From assembly GCF_009914755.1 (NCBI RefSeq), contig NC_060925.1: a DNA stretch of 64,000 nucleotides; one strand, given 5' to 3'. The notes beneath the pieces were generated by a model, which saw only the letters and a program-made list of their open reading frames with translations, made no database searches and had not been told where the DNA came from. Within the stretch, counting starts at the first letter, position 1. Each line of letters opens with the position of its first letter. This DNA comes from the human T2T-CHM13v2.0 reference genome, Homo sapiens. Shown here in pieces: positions 63,717 through 64,000 of this stretch. Made by a program: the position numbers and the translations under genes.

Positions 63717-64000
63717 AAAGGGGTTAAATTAAATAAAGTATATGTTAAAACCCCTACCCTGAAAACTGGAAACATTTCTATGTGAAATTTAAGAATATGT
63801 AAATGTATTGATTTATGATGTTTATAGATTGGAAGACCTGAAATTGTTTGTGATTTCAGTTCCTCGAATTGATTTATAGATTTGATGACATTCCAATAAA
63901 AATCCAGATTTTCTTATAGAAATGTTCAAGCCATTTCTAAAACCTAAATGCTTAGAATAACCAAAACAATTTTGAGAAAGAACAAAGTTAGAACACTTAA

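Larger units (their letters stand above)
60719..64000 (+). mobile_element. Old L1M ORF2 (EN to RT), interrupted by a Tigger MITE and an MLT2 LTR
   Basis: caagatagaccacatgcttagcc; gaaatggacaaattccttgaaagacac; ctttattcacagatgacatgatc (FADD region). Confidence 0.85.

Overview
Primate (human-like) nuclear DNA, AT-rich and dominated by interspersed repeats: old L1M blocks at both ends, a near full-length L1PA7/8-type element (14515-20318), about 15 Alus, THE1/MST/MLT LTRs, L2, MIR and DNA-transposon relics. I found no intact protein-coding exon. The main signal is at about 36.9-46.1 kb on the minus strand. It is an old, intronless processed retrocopy of Brachyury (TBXT/T) with 5'UTR, decayed CDS, 3'UTR, AATAAA and a poly(A) remnant. 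The retrocopy is split by a co-oriented 6.5-kb two-LTR class I endogenous retrovirus (tRNA-Phe PBS, MER48/HERVH48 = HERV-Fb-like, perfect AGAAT TSD). The provirus has a pol-to-env deletion and a much younger 267-bp inverted duplication of gag in its leader. The retrocopy keeps the exon-6 segment and has a deletion starting at the recalled exon 7/8 boundary. A separate 36-bp near-perfect hairpin lies at 11952-12039. Repeat subfamily names and comparisons with TBXT come from recalled sequences, not from database searches.
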